A stretch of 64,000 bases of DNA from assembly GCA_951406725.2 (NCBI GenBank), contig OX597828.1, positions 76,446,001 through 76,510,000 on the forward strand, given 5' to 3'. Position numbers and translations under genes: made by a program. Origin of the DNA: Octopus vulgaris (taxonomy: Eukaryota). The notes beneath the pieces are model-generated. The model saw only the letters and a program-made list of their open reading frames with translations, had not been told where the DNA came from and searched no databases. This document shows, piece by piece, positions 40,352 through 54,644 of the stretch (its first letter is position 1; each line of letters begins with the position of its first letter).

Positions 40352-41105
40352 CAATTGTAGTAGCATTATTGTATATTAACTATTAGTATCACCTTTGTCC
40401 TTGTTTGCATTCTCCTCTTTTAATTGTTTAATGAGATTTTTTTCTTGTAGGCAAGACTGGTTCCAAATGAAAGAAACCAAAACCAACTCAAACCAAACTA
40501 ACTACCATCTCATTTCCAGTCATCTCCTCTTTTGCTATCCACTCCCATTTCTCCTCATCTCTTCTCTACCTTCTCATCTCCTTTTCTACCTCTCTCCCTC
40601 CCTCTCCCTCTCCCCCTCCCCTCCCTCTCTCTCTCTCTAAATCTTTTTACATATGAAGCAGTCATAATTTGTGGTAAATTGATCCCAATATTGTGACGAA
40701 TACTGCTTGTTTTTGTAGTTGCTATTGTTATTGTATGCTTTTTGTTGTTGCTGATTTTAATCTAGAATATAATCACCATCATTATTTTCCAGACGTGACC
40801 ATCTTGTCTTTTTTTCTGAGAAAATTTTGCGATGTTCTCTATGCGCTTGCGAAATCTTTAAGATGATTAAATCTAGCCTGGTTTCAGTTCTCGCTGTTAA
40901 ATTATGATTGTGCAAATAGAGAAATATGGCTAAAGGTTGCACTGCATTATAAGAACCCCAGAATTTGAGAAGATTGGAAGATAATGTTGACATCGACGAG
41001 ATTTGAACTCAGGATCTAAATAATCGTGAGTTAACATGACAGAGCTATTTTCTCCGATATGACTGCCAAATTAAAATGAATTTACTCATGAATAACCGCA
41101 ATGCA

Positions 41106-41136
<31 letters not shown>

Positions 41137-41153
41137 ATATATATATGAATATT

Positions 41154-41199
<46 letters not shown>

Positions 41200-41799
41200 T
41201 TTTGAACATCATCCATTGAGTCCATTCTATTAGGAATATTGTGTTAAAAATCATTAACGGAAAACAAATGGAAAGAAAAAAAGATTACCACCACCACAAC
41301 CAACAACAGCAGCAATGAATAACCTATCAGGTTTCCATCAACCCATTTCCACATTTTTTTCCCTTGAACTTCCTTCTGAGGTGGTTTCACAATTTTAAAT
41401 CTATCACACAATACTTTTAAATTACGTTGAATATTTTCTGTTCATCTCAGCGTTATATAGACGTAGCTGTTTCATTATCATCACAGAATTTGTTCTGTCA
41501 TTCCTTTGATGGTGTTGTATCTGCTCTGTGTCCAATAGCGTTTGTCAATAACACTTGTGATGAGCGGCACACTCGTATTATATGTGTGAGTGTGATATGG
41601 TGTGTATATGGCTGAGTGTGTGGATGTTTGCGTTCTGCGCGACTGAGTAAGTGCAGTGTGTGTGCTAATGGGTGCATGTGTGTATTCGCCTTCATGGTTT
41701 CTTTTTCCTTTTACATTTTTATCTTTGCTTTGTTCTAATTCTCTCTCTTTCTCTCTCTTTCGAAATTCGTGCATATGTAAACAGAAAAACATACATACA

Positions 41800-41871
41800 C
41801 GCACCAATATATACACATATATAATGAAGCGCACACGAACAAAGACATGTATGTACACACACACACACACT

Positions 41872-41914
<43 letters not shown>

Positions 41915-42168
41915 GCACGTAGTCATATACATATGTGTGTGTATGCATACAAATATATATATATATGTATGTATGTATATGTATATATACATATATATGT
42001 ATATATATACATATATATATATATACATATATATATACATATATATATATATATATGTATATATATATGTATATATATATGTATAAATATATATACATAC
42101 ATATATACATATATATACATATATATGTACAAATATATATATACAAATATTTAGACATGCAAATATTT

Positions 42169-42217
<49 letters not shown>

Positions 42218-43096
42218 CCCATACATATGTACGTGCAAACACAAGCTAAAACACGTATACAAATGCATAAATGCATAAATGTACGTATGCATTTGTACGT
42301 GTGCACAAAGAATGCACACATATATAAATACACATACACGCACACACACATCTATATATGTACGTATAACCTGATACGTAAATGTTAACACAGAAGACCT
42401 AAAACACACGTAGCTACACATCCATAGAAACACAGAAACACAACCCTCAGCAACTCTCCTAAACATACACAAATACACGCACACTATGACAAACAAACAT
42501 ATATATACACCGAAGCACGCTCACATAAAACCACGCTCCAACGCAAAGTGGAGCGTATCTTCCACCATTCCACTTCAATTATCTGATCAATTTACTGTAT
42601 TTCCCATAAGATATACATTTGCACTATCATTATACATAAACTGAGACACATACACACAAGAATATATATATATATATATCCGCACACATGCAAATCATAC
42701 ATATGCACACGCACTAAATACGCACACATTTTAAATGAGTTTTGTTTTCCCCGCTACTTAATTACATGTTATTTTAAAAGATCTCATCACAGGGTTGCAC
42801 ACTGTTAAATAAAGTGCCACGTTACTCATACCCAACCCTGCGGATGATGCGGAAGTCACCAGTATAAATGCAGAGGCTGTATGGATACTCATTCACATAC
42901 ACACACACATACACTCATATCTATGTGTGTGTGTGTCTGTGTGTGTGTAGATTTATGTATTTGTATATAGATACATATACACACATGTATATATATACAT
43001 ATATATATACACATACATATACATACATGTACACTTATGGATATATACATATTCATAGGCATAGACATACATATACATATATATAAATATATATAT

Positions 43097-43151
<55 letters not shown>

Positions 43152-43273
43152 CCTGCCAATACATTATATAGATACATATATGTATACATGTATATACATA
43201 TATATATATATACACATACATATACATAAATATGATTATATCTATCCATCTCTCTCTCTCTATATATATATAT

Positions 43274-43327
<54 letters not shown>

Positions 43328-43330
43328 GTT
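41800..43330. repeat. (TA)n/(CA)n/(TACA)n microsatellite-rich region
   Basis: Direct inspection. Confidence 0.85.
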
Positions 43331-44481
43331 CAAAGGCGCACCGAACATGTAACATCTCCTTACAAGACAAATCAAAATTTCAAATGCTCACCACCTGCTC
43401 TTACGCCAACAGCAACACCACCAACGTCACCATCCCCGTATCACCAATAAGATATAAAACAAAAAAAAACAAAGAAAATAAATAAATAAATGCAAAAACT
43501 ATTCGCAGTAACCATTTTGTTTATCCGGGAGCTGAATCTAATCCAGATTGGAAAATAATACAGAAGACCGCCATTATTTGAGTAAATGTTTCCCCGGTCG
43601 ACTGAACATTATGAGATCCCAATAAATGAGACAGCAAATATTTTATGGTGGACTTGATCATGTCGTATGTTGTTTTTTGTTTCTTATATAGAAACGTCAC
43701 AGTTCATATATAGGCACTAGTATTAACTAATTGACCGGAAACATCAACACAATCATTGCAAATGTTGTTGATCTTGCAGTTTGTGGTTGTTTGAGTTGGT
43801 AATGGATTCAACACCGGGTCATTTCCCTGATGGAAAATATCAATGGTGTAATACTCTGCGGCGATGGTCATCTTAGCCTTATCCAAGACAGCACAACTAA
43901 TAAATTACTAACAATTGTCTGTTATTATGTTTTTGGTGTATTTAGCCCTAGGTCATCCAATTTACAGCAGGTTTATGGGAGTAGATCTTTGAACCATTAC
44001 TATTCTGACGCCATTTGCATTGCTTTACTCGATTCATATTGTCGTCTGTGCTATTATTTTAAGAAGGTAGTGTGTGATTTGAGAAAGATTTAGCTGCTAT
44101 AACAGGCATCGTATGCGGTGAAACTGTGTCTTGTCTGTTGGCACTGTGAATGAAATAAACGTTCCTGAATAATAAAAAATATAACAATAACAGGAATAAG
44201 AACGTTAATGTCACTTTGAAAGTTTTGTTCTAGGTCAGCCAAGCATTTTGCTCGGCCTGCTAACGTTTCTGCCAGCTCTCAGCCTTAAAAGAAATTTTCA
44301 TATCCTCTCCACTAAAGGCAGAATGCCTGAAATTTGACTAACGATTCTGCCAGCTCACCGCCTTGAAAAAGGCGATATTTTCAACAAATTCAACCGCAAC
44401 CATCAACATGAACAACCCCAACAATAATGGCAATAAAAAAACAACAGCAGCAGCAGGAACGTCGACAATGAAGACAACAAC

Positions 44482-44783
44482 AACTGTGGTGGAGGCGCAA
44501 TGGCCCAGTGGTTAGGGTAGCGGACTCGCGGTCATAAGAACACGGTTTCAATTCCTAGACCGGGCATTGTGAGGAGTGTTTATTGAGCAAAAATACCTAA
44601 GCTCCACGAGGCTCCGGCGGGGAGAGGTGGTGAACCCCGCTGTACTCTTTCACCACAACAAACTGAAGAACCACGGTGTAACCCAATATGGTGTGGTAAA
44701 CTTTCAGACCCTTTTCTTGATTGCGAATCCTCTGTACCCCAGGATGGTTCAGCTCTCCACCCGTTAAAAGTCATCGTTTACGG
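44482..44783 (+). mobile_element. tRNA-derived SINE, family 3, with 15-bp TSD
   Basis: A box tggcccagtgg and B-box-like ggtttcaattcc. Direct repeat aatgaagacaacaac at 44467-44481 and 44784-44798. Confidence 0.8.
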
Positions 44784-44936
44784 AATGAAGACAACAACGT
44801 AGCTTCCGCGCCCGTGCAACCGCCAGTCTATTGCGTCTGGTGGGTGCATCTTCAAGTTGCCACTTGCATTCTTAGTAGCTTAGAGTAGGCTCGAATTAGA
44901 GATTATTCTTTGTGGTTAATGGCTTGAGTCCTGATT

Positions 44937-45125
44937 GGAAGAAGAAGAAGAAGAAGAAGAAGAAGAAGAAGAAGAAGACGAAGAAGAAGAAAAAGAAGAA
45001 GAAGAAGAAGAAGAAGAAGAAGAAGAAGAAGAAGAAGAAGAAGAAGAAGAAGAAGAAGAAGAAGAAGAAGAAGAAGAAGATAGCATTAGTAACAACAATA
45101 ACAATAATAATAATAATAATAATAA
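44937..45125. repeat. (GAA)n microsatellite followed by (AAT)n
   Basis: Direct inspection. Confidence 0.97.
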
Positions 45126-46287
45126 CAGAAGCAAAACAACAATAACAGCAAATGTAACAACAACAACGTCGACATCAACAACAAAAAGAGTAAAATTAAC
45201 GACATCACTAAAATCAACAACTGCAAGAATTACAACATCAGAAACATCAACGAAACTAAAAATAATAACAGCATTTACAAAACCATTTGGCAACAGCAAC
45301 AACAACAACAGCCACATCGACAACTGAATAACATATTGCAATCAATAAATCGTATGTTTTATGCTTGACCTACTTAACTATAACAATTCTCAGACTTGAA
45401 ATACTTTTAAAAGCTTTCATAATTTGAACAGTCGTTCTTAATTATCAATGATAAGCTACACTAATTAACAATGATATGTGTAATCATAGACAAATCTGAG
45501 ACTGCCATTTTGTCCTTCTCTAACCAAATTCTTGCTTTGTGATATACAGATCGATACGTCGATATCTGAACTGGTCTATAAATTCAATAAAATTAATCCC
45601 CCCCAAAATCTACCAATAACGGCATCTAAATGCGGTCATACGTCATGGCAGAAATAATAGCGACATTAACTACCTAAAGTGAAGGACATAGTTCATTGTC
45701 CAGTTTGGAGGACCAAAGATCACTGACCCATGATAGAATCTGTTCCAAATATAGACAAATCATGAAAATGGGTTACTGTTCCATTCATAGACTTATCCGC
45801 TTTGTTGACCGCCTTCTTCATGTCACCATCCTACATCACACGTCCTTCTTCTTCCCCTGCTTCCTCCTCCTCTCTTCCTCTTCTCTTCCTCCTCCTCTCT
45901 TCCTCTTCTCTTCCTACTTTCTCTTCTGATTGACAGAATCCTTAATGCATCGCGATATTTGATACCAATCTTTGCGTTCTGAGTTCAAGTATCATCAAAG
46001 TTAAATCCACTTTTCGTCTTGGTTGGAAGAATATTGAATGAAATATACGTTTATTCAAATACCGGGATCGATATAATAGATTGTCTCCGGTAGTCAGAAT
46101 GGCTGGCCTTGGGTCAATCTCAGAGAATATCAAGAGCAAAGGATTGACTGAATGGACTGCAGTATACGTTTTCAGTTTTTTCGAGGTCGAAAAAATAAAG
46201 TTTTAGAAATACTGCGGCGATGTTATTTAATGTTTTTCCTCTACACTCTATCCGCGTCTTTATCATCATCATCATTGAATTATTATT

Positions 46288-46848
46288 GAATGAGAGAGCA
46301 GTTCATGCCGTCAAAGTGACACTGGGGTAAAATATACGAAGCCCAGTACACCCATTATGACTGATAAGGGTACACCAAGTACCCGTCTGATAAGGGTACA
46401 CCAGGCACATGCATCACAACCATATGTGTGTGACATGATGATCTCATATCAAGATAAAAAGTGCATGACTGCACATGGGGCAGTGTTAGTATTTTCTTCA
46501 GGCTGAGTATCCACTCCCGCTCAAATCGTCCTTGAATAAGGGTTGTTTGAGGAAGTTGAACGAAACATTAAATTTTCCAGAAGTGAATCATTAAAACTCC
46601 GAAGAATTCCTCTCAACACATGGCTATGATGTTTCCCCACTACTTCTGCTTGTGATCAGAGATGCACATACCGTCAGCCACTAAAGGAATGCTCAAGTTG
46701 TTATGGTCAAGCAACAGACAAGCAGTACATAGCAGAATATTTGTTGTAGACCATCTTTTACACCGAGACAAAACAATGTACTTAATAACCCTTCCAGTCA
46801 GTTGAGATCAGCAGCCATGAGACCCAGTGCCTGGACATGCATCAGGGT
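46288..46848 (-). mobile_element. ~560-bp non-coding insertion bounded by (AAT)n; unclassified (non-autonomous element or long 3'UTR)
   Basis: Higher-GC block with sharp borders against AAT repeats, no recognisable ORF and an internal duplication ggtgtacccttatcag. The strand is inferred from tract polarity. Confidence 0.55.
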
Positions 46849-46851
46849 TAC

Positions 46852-46955
<104 letters not shown>

Positions 46956-46966
46956 TTATTATTATT

Positions 46967-49113
46967 GTATGTTTGACTTTTGCTTTATATTTGTACAAGT
47001 TGGCTCCAAGTCTCACCCAGAGACCTCAAGAGACAACAGGTTGGAAGTTCATGTTGTTGTTATGCGTAGTGTGTCATATATTTGGTTTTGTATTTAGTGT
47101 TGTACTAGTGAATGCCTAAAACAAAAACGGAAGTTATGTTTGTTTGAAAACTTGAGGTTACATAGAAAGTATTTTGCGAAGGATATGAGCAGCTCCCATG
47201 AGCACTATCTTTTGAATTTCTGCCATTTTGAGGTTTCCTGGTATCTGAGTTAGGTAGCGATCAGCCCCTTTTGCTATCATTCCCAGGGCACCTATGACAA
47301 CAGATATTGTTTTAGTCTTCAGGTTCCACATTTTGCTGATTTCTATTTCAAGGTCTTTATATTTGCTCAGTTCTTGGTAGGTCTTTACAGATACGTTTAT
47401 ATCGATTGGGACAGTCATATCAATGAGGAGGCATGTTCTTTGTTTGAAGTCTTTCAATATGATGTCTGGCCTATTTGCATCTATCTTTCTGTCAGTTTGA
47501 ATGGTGAAGTTCCAGAGGAGTGAGATGTGGTCATTTTCATGCACTGGAGGTGGTTTGTGTTCCCACCAGTATTTTTCATGGGGCAAATCCAGGTTTTTGC
47601 AGATTACCCATTGAATATATTGTGCAGCTCTATCATGCCTGTTGAGATACTCTGCAGGCGCTAGAAGACTGCACTTGGAGACAACATGACCAATGGTTTC
47701 ATTTTGTTGTTGACATACACGACATATTGGGCTACTGCCGTTCTTTAATATGTTGGCCTGGTAGTTCCTTGTTGGTAGGCATTGATCTTGGGCTGCTATG
47801 ATAAACCCTTCTGTTTCAGATTTTAAGCCAGAGGCCATTAGCCATTGATGTGTCAGGGCTTTGTCAACATCTGCATTATTCGCTTTCTTTGGGTGTTTTT
47901 CATAGAGAGGGTTTTCTTGCCATTTATCATTCAGAATATCTAAGGCAGCAGTTTTAGCACGGGTTTTCATGCGTTTAGCTTTTTCTGTGCTTGTTTCTTG
48001 TATGTCTAATTCCGAAATTTGTTTTATTCGGAATTCACTTAGATATTCCTTTGCCTGTTTTGTTACTGAGTATGATGCTTTCTTGTTTTCATGTTTTGAG
48101 ACAAGTTTTAATATCCAGTTCTCCGAGTTTTTCAGGTAGGTGTCTATGCCAATTGTAGCAATCTTCATTGTTATTGCCAGTTGTAGATGTCCACGGCCTC
48201 CCTCTTTTCTTGGCAGATAAAGTCGTTCTATATCTGCCTTAGGGTGGTGCATTCTATGCATTGTCAACAGTTTTCGTATTTTATTGTCAAGATTATATAT
48301 TTCAGTAATTGACCAGTTAACGATATTGAAACTGTAAGTCACGACTGGTATGGCTAATGCATTGATCGCTTCGATCCTGTTTCTCGCATTCAGCTCTGTC
48401 TTGAGTATTGCTCTTACTCTGCGATAACATTCTCTCTTGAGCCTTTCCTTCATCTCTGAATGCCTTATTCCGTCCCCTTCAATTACCCCTAGGTACTTGT
48501 AGTTCTCTGCTGGGTCTAATTCTTTTATGACATTCTGCTGGTCAAGGTTAACGTTAGATGTTTCTGTCATTTTTCTTTTGATAAAGGTAGCTTTTGCACA
48601 TTTATCGAGGCCGAATTGCATTCTGATGTCATCATTGAATTGTTTGACAATCGCTATTAAGCCCTTGAGTTGTTGGTCATTTTTTGCAAAGAGCTTTAAA
48701 TCATCCATGTAAATGAGATGACTTATATTTTTATCAAATATTTTATATCCGTACTGCGCGTCACTGAGCAATTTTGAGAGAGGCATTAAGGCTAAACAAA
48801 AGAGGAGTGGTGATAGTGAAACACCCTGGAAAATGCCACATGAAATTTTTACATCACCAGCATTTAGAGATTCATTGTCACTGTTCGAAGTTATTGTGGT
48901 TCTCCATGATCTCATACTTACAGACAAAAAGTTTCGTAGAGTAGGTACTATCTTATACATTTCCAGGCATTTTCTAATCCAGCTATGTAGTAGGCTATCA
49001 AAAGCCTTTTTATAGTCTATCCAGGCTATTGATAAGTTTTTGTGTCGTTTGTGACAATCTTCTAAGATCATCTTATTGATGAGTAGTTGATCTTTACAAA
49101 CATAGGATCCACG

Positions 49114-49115
<2 letters not shown>
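46967..49115 (-). mobile_element. R4/Dong-type retrotransposon, 5'-truncated copy C
   Basis: (AAT)n on both sides; ~190-bp 3'UTR at 46967-47157. Confidence 0.95.
47158..49115 (-). pseudogene. RT / zinc finger / restriction-like endonuclease ORF of copy C (about 650 uninterrupted codons, N-terminus missing)
   Basis: WIDYKKAFDS, GIFQGVSLSPLLF (usual QGD has D to V), YMDDLKL, YKYLG, CRVC...HVVSKC, RHD, RPDII...LIDMTVP...KYKDL. Confidence 0.93.
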
Positions 49116-49205
<90 letters not shown>

Positions 49206-49213
49206 CATTATTA

Positions 49214-49650
49214 TATGTTTGGCATTTACTTTGTATTTGTACAAGTTGACTCCAACTCTCACACAGAGACCCGAAGAGACAACAAGTTAGTAGTCCAAGT
49301 TGGTGTTTTGCACAGTATTGTTCTCGACTATGTCTCTGAAAATATAAGAACATTAGGAGTTTGTTCTCAAAACAATTTGATTCTAAGATTATAGTGTAAT
49401 GTTAAGATGACAGGTGAAGGTGTTTGCTGTTCTGTACATTTAAAAAGTATTTTGATACCGTTGACAGATTAAAATTCTTTGGGGATTACGTAGACAATAT
49501 CTTTTATTCGGATATGAGCAGTTCCTATGAGTACTATATTTTTGGATTTCCTTTATCTGGGATATGTAGCAATCAACCCGTTGTGCTATCATTCCTAGGG
49601 TTCTATGACAGAAGTATTGTTTTAGTCTTGAGGTTCTACATTTTGCCAAT
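49214..49650 (-). mobile_element. Older decayed 3' fragment (copy D) of a copy-C-related Dong family
   Basis: 3'UTR tttgtacaagttgactccaactctcacacagagac and the ORF end align with 46967-47340. Confidence 0.85.
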
Positions 49651-49814
49651 TTAATATAATGTTTGGTTTATCTGCATCAGTCTTATTGTCAATTTCCTCA
49701 ACCGACCGAGTCTCAAACAGAGACCTAAGTCATGTATACATTAGAACCTTTCTGAAAATGTGGTTCGTTGATGTCAACACAATATTTTGAGTCTCAGAGA
49801 TTCTAATTTCCCGA

Positions 49815-50195
49815 GGCAGTTTAGCTGGCAGAATCGTTACCATGCCGGACAAAAGGCTTAGGGACATTCTGTTGGAAGACGTTCTGAGTTTCAAATTCCA
49901 CCGTGGTCTATAAAATACATATCAGCTTAGCACTGAAATCTATGTAATCCACTTACCCCCGGCCCCTGAAACTGTTGGGCGTGACCCAAATTTTGTAATC
50001 ATTGAGCCGGCCGAAATGCTTAGCGGTATTTCGTTTGTCTTCAAATGCTGAATTCAAATTCTGCCGAGGTCGACTTTGCCTTTCATCTTTCCGGGATCGG
50101 TAAAATAAGTACCAGTTGAGTACTGGAGTCGATGTAATCGACTTATCCTATCTCCCAGATTTCAGTCCTTGTGCCTATAATATATAGGATGATTA
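49815..50195 (+). mobile_element. Two tandem SINE family 1 copies
   Basis: agctggcagaatcgttac...; gaaatgcttagcggtatttcg...gaggtcgactttgcctttcatc...gtcgatgtaatcgactta. Confidence 0.8.
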
Positions 50196-50203
50196 TTATT
50201 ATT

Positions 50204-50530
50204 AGTCTGAAAAACTTTCAGATAGTTCTTAATTTCCGATTGTTCTTTACTTGAGAGCAGACAATAACAAATCACTAAAGGTTTCAAGTAGTGCCTTCTC
50301 CTGTGTCTCAAAGAGACAATACCCTCCTTAGAATGCGAGCTGGACCCAACAATGCTGTCTTCTGGATCACCTCCAGCCTGACAGCAGCTCCAATATTCTT
50401 AATATGTTTTTCAAAGCCCTTGCAAACTACCCCTACTGCTCCAATTACCACTGGTATCCCCATTACTTTCCTCATGCCCCAGAACTTTCCTATCTCGTCC
50501 CGCAGTGACTGATATTTCTCACTCTTCACT
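50204..50530 (-). mobile_element. R4/Dong-type 3' fragment, copy E
   Basis: EKYQSLRDEIGKFWGMRKVMGIPVVIGAVG...IQKTALLGPARILRRVLSL*, with a 3'UTR ending in short (AAT)n. Confidence 0.85.
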
Positions 50531-50807
50531 GTTTCCATCGTGATGTTGTTGATAAACCGGGGGTTTATACTGTCTGTCAAGTCACAACAAGGACCTCGGA
50601 CAGACAGTAGCTCACGTAGTATTGCGTGCAGTTCCAAATAATACGGATTTTTCAATAAGACCAAGATCGCATGCGATTTCTAAAGTTTCCAGATGTTTCT
50701 TCAGCTGGTGCGGTATTGAACTCAATGCTCCGGTGACAATAGGGACAACCTTTATGTTTGACTTTCGTAGCTGCCACATATTAGCGATCTCAATTCTCAG
50801 GTTTCCA

Positions 50808-50808
<1 letters not shown>
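50531..50808 (-). mobile_element. R4/Dong-type 3' fragment, copy F
   Basis: YGNLRIEIANMWQLRKSNIKVVPIVTGALSSIPHQLKKHLETL...EKSVLFGTAR; 5' side abuts (AAT)n. Confidence 0.82.
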
Positions 50809-50876
<68 letters not shown>

Positions 50877-50882
50877 CATTAT

Positions 50883-50972
<90 letters not shown>

Positions 50973-51100
50973 TATGATACATTGTCACTGTCAGAATCCC
51001 CGCTACCACCGCTCCTGTGTTTGAATATTAAGAAAATTGCTTCCAGCGATCTGATGCAAAGCATATCGATACAGATGACTTATTTAACAAACAGTTTGTG

Positions 51101-51131
<31 letters not shown>

Positions 51132-52329
51132 TGGAATGCACGTATATGTTTGCATATACTGAAGATTATGTAGACACCAATGAATAATTTTAGGAGATAT
51201 GTAAATAAAAACTAAATACATCGACTAAAAACTAATATATACACATGTGCGTATGCGTACGAATTTGTATATCTGTACAGCAAAAAACCATAACTTTATA
51301 TAAAATAAATATACAAACGAAAAGGTAAAAACAAAAATAACATTTGTCTGAGAAATTTTTCGATGAAGAATTTTGCAGACGAATAAATTTTATTGCAATC
51401 ATTACATGTCTTGGAAAATGTTAGTATTTTTTATAAATTTTATTAACTTCGATTGTGCTGGTTCTATAGAGGAATATATTGCTGAAATTGTACGACGTAT
51501 ATAAATATTGGAAATACAATATGTAGAGAAGACATACATAAATCCAGACAAACACTACACATGCATAGTCAGACTGGTATAAACTCACATGCATATATAT
51601 GTGTGTATACATTTCAGTATATGTTGGTGTGTATTCACACACGCAAACACATAAACATATATAGAGAGAAAGAAAGATGGAGAGAGAAAAAGAGGGGGGG
51701 GGGAAGAGAGATAGATATTGGAAATGTAATTCATAGCTAACACATTTACACAGACACACAGCAGGCGTGTATCGTCAAGCACATTCACACACACACATAT
51801 ATACACTCCATTATATACACATATGTCATACATCATACATCATACATATATATATATATATCCGTATACATTGAGTATACATACTCGATCGAATGCGTAG
51901 CTCAGAGATCAGGCAGTCTCCCCACGTCAAGCCGCTATTTCACCGCATTCCGTGATCACAGTTCGAGTACTACAGTGGACGCGTGATTAGAAAGTCGCAG
52001 GAAAGAATCGCGAGACAGATTCTCGAAGCGAAATGGCAGGACACCGAGAGATATACCAAAAAGGAAAAGTTTCGATAATATACATAATCTCATTTGGTTA
52101 CTCTTGGGGATCCAACCGCGATGTATGTTGATGGTTGCATCTAACAGGGTCCTAAGGTTGAAGAAATTTCAGAATTGCAGCAAATAATCTGCCCGATGCT
52201 ATTTCGTTTGAAGTTTTCAAAGTAGGTAGTCCATCTCTGATACAGAAATTCCTTTGTAGGTGCTGGGGATGGGGGCTGTCTACAGCAAGATTTGCAATAT
52301 ACTAGAATAGTGCATCTGTACAAGGACAA

Positions 52330-53345
52330 CGTCCAGTAACGACACCTATCGCAGGATCTCTGTTTAGGGCATCATTGGTAAGATCCCCGCAATGATCAAC
52401 ATAAATAGGCTGAAGATGAAAGTCACTAAATCACTTGTTTCTGACTTCCTCCATGCTGATGACTGTGCGAGTGTTGCCAACTAGGAGGATGACCGTCGGA
52501 GCCACCAAGTGCTTCGGACTCACGATAAGCACCAAGAAGACTGAAGTGATGCTGCAACCGGAAAAGTGCTCAAGAGTAAACATGCCGAAATAAAGATGGA
52601 AGACAAAGCCCTTAACAACTTTGAATCCTTCACGTATCGATTTCTCCTTCTCCAACAGCCTTGATAAAGAGATATCCAATCGCAACGCCAGAGTAAGTGT
52701 ATCTTATTACCGACTCTACAAGTGTGGGATGGAAAGGGCTTGACGAAGTGCGCAGTATACAGAGAGGTTGTTCTGACTGCATTGCTCTGTGGACGCGAGT
52801 TGTAAGGCTCTCAATCAGAGCGACGCATATTTAACATCAAGTGGTACCAGAGATGCGCAAATGTGAAAGTTTTTATGCAAACTCAGATTCCAGGCATAGA
52901 TGCACCGCTGATACAGGTTCAGCTAAAATGATCTGGACTCGTCGTGTGCACGCAGGAAAATAAACTACCAAAACAGCTCTTCGACAATGAACTAACAGTG
53001 GGCCATTGGCCAAGAGGACGGGCCAAAGCTCTGCTATAGAGCAACGAAGAATAAATTCCTCCCGGCATCCAGAAATACGACATCGATGAAGAACAATGGG
53101 AAAACATAGTCGCGAGCAGGTCTGAATGGAATCAAACAAATCGCAAGAGAGTAGAACCCTACTAAAATTAATGTTGAATTGGTTATGTGGAAAAGCGTAT
53201 TGCAATGAAGATTGGCACTAATACAGTTGGCCGTTTCATCGTGTGTCTATTATGCGGCCGCAATTGTGCATCTGATTTCTGCCTCGGATCCTGTATAAGA
53301 GTTCACAAATGAACACAGTCCCTGATTGGAGCTTATCGAACACGA
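52330..53345 (+). mobile_element. Decayed RTE (BovB-like) LINE, 3' part
   Basis: KMKVTKSLVSDFLHADDCASVA, FGLTISTKKTEVMLQP, KLPKQLFDNEL, terminal CLLCGRNCAS...RVH zinc finger; many disruptions. Confidence 0.85.
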
Positions 53346-53399
53346 CAGTCGACCAACAACATATGTATATACTTATGTTATGTATGTACGTATTATGCA

Positions 53400-53401
53400 T
53401 G

Positions 53402-53476
<75 letters not shown>

Positions 53477-53502
53477 ATATATATATATATATATATATAT
53501 CC

Positions 53503-53591
<89 letters not shown>

Positions 53592-53592
53592 C

Positions 53593-53634
<42 letters not shown>

Positions 53635-53690
53635 TATTTATCTATTTATCTATCCGTGTATGTGTGCGTATCTGTCTATCTATTTATCAG
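53400..53690. repeat. (TATC)n/(TA)n microsatellite
   Basis: Direct inspection. Confidence 0.95.
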
Positions 53691-53959
53691 TCTGTCTGTC
53701 AATTATAAATATAGATGACAGTAAAGATTACATTAGTGAGAGAGAAGTAAATGGTGCATCATTTAGTGGTGTTATACGCCATCATATTTATTAGTTGTCC
53801 GTCAACTGGAATTTTTAGCTGACGCTATTTTCAGAACCTTAAGCTGTAAATGATATTAACTGCGCAACTAATAAAGATATTATATCCATTTGTCTACTGT
53901 ATACAATGTGGCCGATTATTTATGTAGAAAGTTCGGCGCATGACTAATTAACGTATACT

Positions 53960-54140
53960 ACAATAGAGTAGTCACTATATGTAAATCAGGCATAAGCGCA
54001 ATATAGAGAGAACTTGTCATCACAGAAAATTGTTATATTAGGATGACAGATGGCAAATTTAAGGAAAGATTGATTGTCATGTCCCTTCTTTCAGAAACAT
54101 GAATAAACGAGTTACAACAACACTTTCGCTTTTATCGAGT
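53960..54140 (+). mobile_element. Penelope-like GIY-YIG endonuclease remnant
   Basis: Frameshifted CYIRMTDGKFKERL/CHVPSFRNMNKRVTTTLS resembles the PLE pattern YIG.T...FK.R...H..SF......TTLS. Confidence 0.55.
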
Positions 54141-54644
54141 GTTTAAAGAGATTCAGGCTACATCAACAGCATGATGGATGAAACATGAAGGCGTTTTGGC
54201 ATCTGTTGTGTATGTGAATAGATAACTGAGAAAATGGGAGCCAACAAAAATTGCTACGCCTGGACATGTGGGTTTTTTTATCATTACAATGGATTCCAGG
54301 CAGAATAGTTCTCCAGGTAAGCAGGTACTTAATTATGGAACTGTTTCCCAGGATCATGAGATCTAGTTGTGTTTCCTCGGGTGATGTAACCGGATGGTGA
54401 TTCCGGTACTGTTAAAGTAGTTGTCATTTTAAAGGGATTGGCATTTTATTTCTTTGTACTGCTGATTGGTTCTCCATGCTCTGACAGATAGACACATGCA
54501 CACGCACACGCACGCACACACAAACATATATATATATATATATTCACATATGCACATACATACACGCACACGCAAACACACACATACACATACACAGACA
54601 AACACACATATATACTTTATTTAAAAGCAGCAGAAATATCACAA

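Noticed and set aside
44912-45341. Poly-Glu, poly-Lys and poly-Ser ORFs
   Set aside because: They are (GAA)n microsatellite translations.
47158-49353. A complete active retrotransposon or host gene of 731 aa
   Set aside because: The first ~80 residues come from a neighbouring 3'UTR and (AAT)n; the RT N-terminus is missing.
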